From the IMG/VR virus record IMGVR_UViG_3300047560_003072, positions 1-58,873 of that record: a stretch of DNA of 58,873 bases; one strand, written 5' to 3'. Below, one piece after another: positions 56,426 to 58,873 of this stretch. The notes under the pieces are model-generated. The model was not told the origin of the DNA and did no database searches. It saw nothing but the letters and a program-made list of their open reading frames with translations. The position numbers and the translations under genes were made by a program. This stretch comes from a virus (Duplodnaviria; Caudoviricetes). Positions within the stretch are counted from its first letter, which is position 1, and each line of letters starts with the position of its first letter.

Positions 56426-56499
56426 GTATATTTCCTTGTATAAAATGTATTAAATGTATAATGCGTATCCACAGTATCATAACGATACAGGTATTTATC
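56426..56499 (-). promoter_or_regulatory. gp32 leader: late-promoter variant GATAAATA, small hairpin and periodic ATAC repeats (putative autogenous operator)
   Basis: GTAT on + at 56438, 56447, 56456, 56465, 56474; GTATC-N5-GATAC hairpin 56474-56488; TATTTATC 56492-56499. Confidence 0.55.
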
Positions 56500-57102
56500 T
56501 TACCTTTTTAGATCGAACTTATCAACAACAATATTTTTGCACTTTTCTCTGTCATACTCCATGAAGGGTTGATACTTCTTACACTTCTGTCGTACTTCAG
56601 GCCAAATGATTGTGTCAACAATGTTCTTGTTCCAAGACGGGACAAACTTCAAAATGTCGTTCATAATAATGAACGTCTCAATATGGATCTGATCACTCAA
56701 GAGCAAATGCAGAGCATGAGGATGTTGACCGTTCTCAACAACAAAGCTGCTGACAAGATCATCATTAAACTTTTCCAAGTCACTCATAAACACATAAGTC
56801 AGCGATTGTCTCACTCGCTGCCACTTGAGATACATCTGTTCGCTTTCCTCATTGCGAATAATGTCTCCGACCCACATATCTTTCTTTCCATAGACAAACA
56901 ACGACACGAGGAAATGTGTGATGTCCTTGCGCTTTGCTAGCTTCTGGAAAAAATACTTATCGTTGCGTTTCTCAAACGCATCACGCTTTGCACGTACAGC
57001 ACCATTGTACTTGAAGTAATCATATGTCTTAGACGTGAAATGACTCTTCAATGAAAGATAGTGCTTATACGCTTCAAATCCATCCATTCTCAATGCAAAC
57101 AT
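56500..57102 (-). CDS. gp59: helicase loader
   Basis: Y..YL.LK.HF....YDYFKY.G, F.KR.D.YFF.KL, I..ET, KY.PF. Confidence 0.9.
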   Translation of the reverse strand: MFALRMDGFEAYKHYLSLKSHFTSKTYDYFKYNGAVRAKRDAFEKRNDKYFFQKLAKRKDITHFLVSLFVYGKKDMWVGDIIRNEESEQMYLKWQRVRQSLTYVFMSDLEKFNDDLVSSFVVENGQHPHALHLLLSDQIHIETFIIMNDILKFVPSWNKNIVDTIIWPEVRQKCKKYQPFMEYDREKCKNIVVDKFDLKR

Positions 57103-57341
57103 TATATTGGTAGTTTAGTTGTTTTCGGAAAGTAGTTAAGTGCTTCTGCTTCGTCCTGGATCTTGGCTTTCATCTTGGCGCTGGTCTTGATTAACTGACC
57201 AGCACTTTCGATTTCCATTCCAGTCGTTTCGCAGTATAGCAGAACCGCCTCCATAAAGTCAATCCGTTTTTCAAAAGCAAGCTGCTCAACTTCACGTTGA
57301 AAGTCTTTGATAGATTTTGAGGGGTTAAAGTCAACCATCAC
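57102..57341 (-). CDS. gp33: late transcription coactivator
   Basis: F..EVE......DFMEAV..YCE....E.E, LI....K.KI..EA..LN; next to gp59. Confidence 0.88.
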   Translation of the reverse strand: MMVDFNPSKSIKDFQREVEQLAFEKRIDFMEAVLLYCETTGMEIESAGQLIKTSAKMKAKIQDEAEALNYFPKTTKLPI

Positions 57342-57640
57342 TTAAACACAACCAATGCAAGAAGGATAGCTTGGATGAAGAATCCAATGCCACCGGTAAT
57401 AATATTGATAACATCACGTTGCATTGTAGCACGAACAAACGTTAGAAACAACCCACCCCAAACAAATAGGACAACATCAACAGATGGAAGCCTGTCAGAT
57501 ACACCCATTAAGACCGATAGAATGTTTGGAACGAATGCACAGTGCAATAGCACCGTTGCAAACCAGCCAATCGTATTAATACTCACCGTACTCATCTGTG
57601 CAATAATAACGTTGTAGTACTGCTTCAGCGTTTCGCTCAT
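57338..57640 (-). CDS. three-helix membrane protein (SemiSWEET/PQ-loop-like)
   Basis: Likely start ATG 57640 (RBS AAGGA); three hydrophobic segments; IGW.A..L...AFVPN. Confidence 0.5.
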   Translation of the reverse strand: MSETLKQYYNVIIAQMSTVSINTIGWFATVLLHCAFVPNILSVLMGVSDRLPSVDVVLFVWGGLFLTFVRATMQRDVINIITGGIGFFIQAILLALVVFK

Positions 57641-57642
57641 TT

Positions 57643-58209
57643 TTATTCCTTGTAAAAAATATGACGACCAATAGTTGCTACTTTTTCTTTCTTCCATTTT
57701 GGATTGACATAGTCGGCGTGGTAATACATCGCTTCTTTCAATCCATCAAGTCGGAATCCTTCTAACAGTACCTTCTTTGCTACTGCTTCTGATTCCAAAT
57801 AGAACGGCTGGTGAACAGGTTTCACGGCGTGATTCCTTTCACAGTACCAAGAGAACTGGCAAACCACCTTTTCGTAGAATACGTTCTTTTGATAAACAAC
57901 CTTACAGATGTCGTCTGGGAACTTTCCGCTCTGAGCACGGTTGATTGTGACCTGTGCTACTGCGACCTTTCCTTCGAATGGCTCGCTGGCTGCTTCCCAG
58001 TAAATGTTTTGCGCAAGACATTGAAGTTGTCTTTCACGCTCTTTCAAAGTTATTGCTGTTGCTGTGGTGTAAGAGTTGTAAGCGGTAACGCTTCTCTGTA
58101 CTGCCCAGTCCATGGTAAAGTAAATTGCGTAAGAAAACGCAAGCAACGTAACAACTTTCAAACCAATGCCACAAAGTGACATGGCTTTATCGATGTACTG
58201 CTTATACAT
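57643..58209 (-). CDS. SleB/Hydrolase_2 cell-wall hydrolase
   Basis: N-terminal TM; CLAQNIYWEA..E...GK.AVAQVT.NR, CQFSW, YYHADYV.P.W, IG.H.FY. Confidence 0.92.
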   Translation of the reverse strand: MYKQYIDKAMSLCGIGLKVVTLLAFSYAIYFTMDWAVQRSVTAYNSYTTATAITLKERERQLQCLAQNIYWEAASEPFEGKVAVAQVTINRAQSGKFPDDICKVVYQKNVFYEKVVCQFSWYCERNHAVKPVHQPFYLESEAVAKKVLLEGFRLDGLKEAMYYHADYVNPKWKKEKVATIGRHIFYKE

Positions 58210-58245
58210 TAGCTCTCCTTTAAAGAATCCGAAATGGATTCATCG

Positions 58246-58274
58246 ATTATAGACGAGAATCTCGTTGCGATCAA
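58246..58274 (-). promoter_or_regulatory. sigma70-type promoter TTGATC-N17-TATAAT for the SleB-gp33-gp59-gp32 unit
   Basis: -35 at 58274-58269, -10 at 58251-58246, 17-nt spacer; RBS AAAGGAG before ATG 58209. Confidence 0.65.
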
Positions 58275-58278
58275 CGTC

Positions 58279-58286
58279 TATAAATA
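58279..58286 (+). promoter_or_regulatory. T4-type late promoter TATAAATA for the desaturase
   Basis: Exact consensus 33 nt upstream of ATG 58320. Confidence 0.7.
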
Positions 58287-58319
58287 GTGACGATCATTCG
58301 TCATTAATCCGGTTGAAAT

Positions 58320-58873
58320 ATGGAAACAAAACAGTCCTTTCTGTCTGTCTTTACCGAGGCATACCGCTCTAGTCATCAGGCTGGTAAAAAGCTCCTCGTC
58401 CTACAAATTGTCGCTCACATTGCTCTGCTCCACTTTATCTTTGTTGGAACGTGGCAGCAATGGATCGGGTGTCTCTTTGCGTACACTCTTTTTATGGGGA
58501 TTGGTATGTCCATTACATACCATCGCTTATTATCCCACAGATCTTTCAAATGTCCAATATGGTTTGAACGGTTTGGCACGCTGTGTGGTGTGATCGGTGC
58601 TGTAGGTAGCCCTATTACGTTTGTCAGTCAGCATCGCGAACATCATAGGTATTTAGATAAGCCTAGAGACGCGTATTCACTGGCTAACAACCCGTGGTGG
58701 TTTGTACAGTGGTTTACAATGCTCAAGCAAGTGAGCCTCAAACGAGCTCCAGACCTGCTCAGAGATCCGTTTTGTGTATTCACACACAAGCACTTTTTCA
58801 AAATACACGTCGCTTACGCATTGATCTTGTTTATGATCGATCCTTATGCTCTCGTATATCTGTACCTTGCTCC
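58320..58873 (+). CDS. membrane fatty-acid (delta-9/DesC/OLE1-type) desaturase, partial (runs off right edge; not in ORF track)
   Basis: Manual translation METKQ...GMSITYHRLLSHRSF...GSPITFVSQHREHHRYLD..DLLRDPF; His box 1 (HRLLSH), His box 2 (HREHH), hydrophobic segments; no stop in 184 codons. Confidence 0.9.
   Translation, partial: METKQSFLSVFTEAYRSSHQAGKKLLVLQIVAHIALLHFIFVGTWQQWIGCLFAYTLFMGIGMSITYHRLLSHRSFKCPIWFERFGTLCGVIGAVGSPITFVSQHREHHRYLDKPRDAYSLANNPWWFVQWFTMLKQVSLKRAPDLLRDPFCVFTHKHFFKIHVAYALILFMIDPYALVYLYLA

Noticed and set aside
58210-58873. Apparent ORF-free tail as ncRNA/tRNA region; 61-aa ORF 58408..58593
   Set aside because: The region is an open desaturase frame from 58320; the small ORF is an off-frame overlap; no tRNA cloverleaf was recognised
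1-58873. Stop-codon reassignment
   Set aside because: Core genes are full length and tightly packed under the standard code

Overview
A 59-kb segment of a large T4-like (contractile-tailed) phage genome, covering almost the whole virion morphogenesis module. The minus strand carries gp48-gp53-hub-gp5-gp25-gp6-gp7-gp8, a split DUF4815/VrlC-like structural locus, a long fibre/appendage region, then gp13-gp22. The plus strand carries gp4-gp2-gp54-gp26-gp51 and two tape-measure-like genes, one with a GH24 lysozyme. The right end has gp32, gp59, gp33, a SleB-like hydrolase and a truncated fatty-acid desaturase. Most unusual features: (1) two paralogous proteins of (Y/F)-(T/S/A)-G-x tetrapeptides with mirror-symmetric architecture. 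The larger has matched 108-bp duplications in both arms, suggesting a giant single-chain beta-hairpin fibre. (2) A cytochrome P450 gene inside the baseplate cluster, directly behind a structural protein ending in a Gly-linker/CFI-box-CTERM-like domain. (3) A glycosyl-/sulfo-/methyl-transferase plus dioxygenase cluster among fibre genes that are very rich in N-x-S/T sequons. (4) A probable -1 frameshift fusing gp26 to gp51, like lambda G/GT. (5) A delta-9-type desaturase behind a T4 late promoter. Three real ORFs are missing from the supplied track: partial gp22, gp51 and the desaturase. All family calls come from motif recognition and synteny, not database searches. The host cannot be determined.
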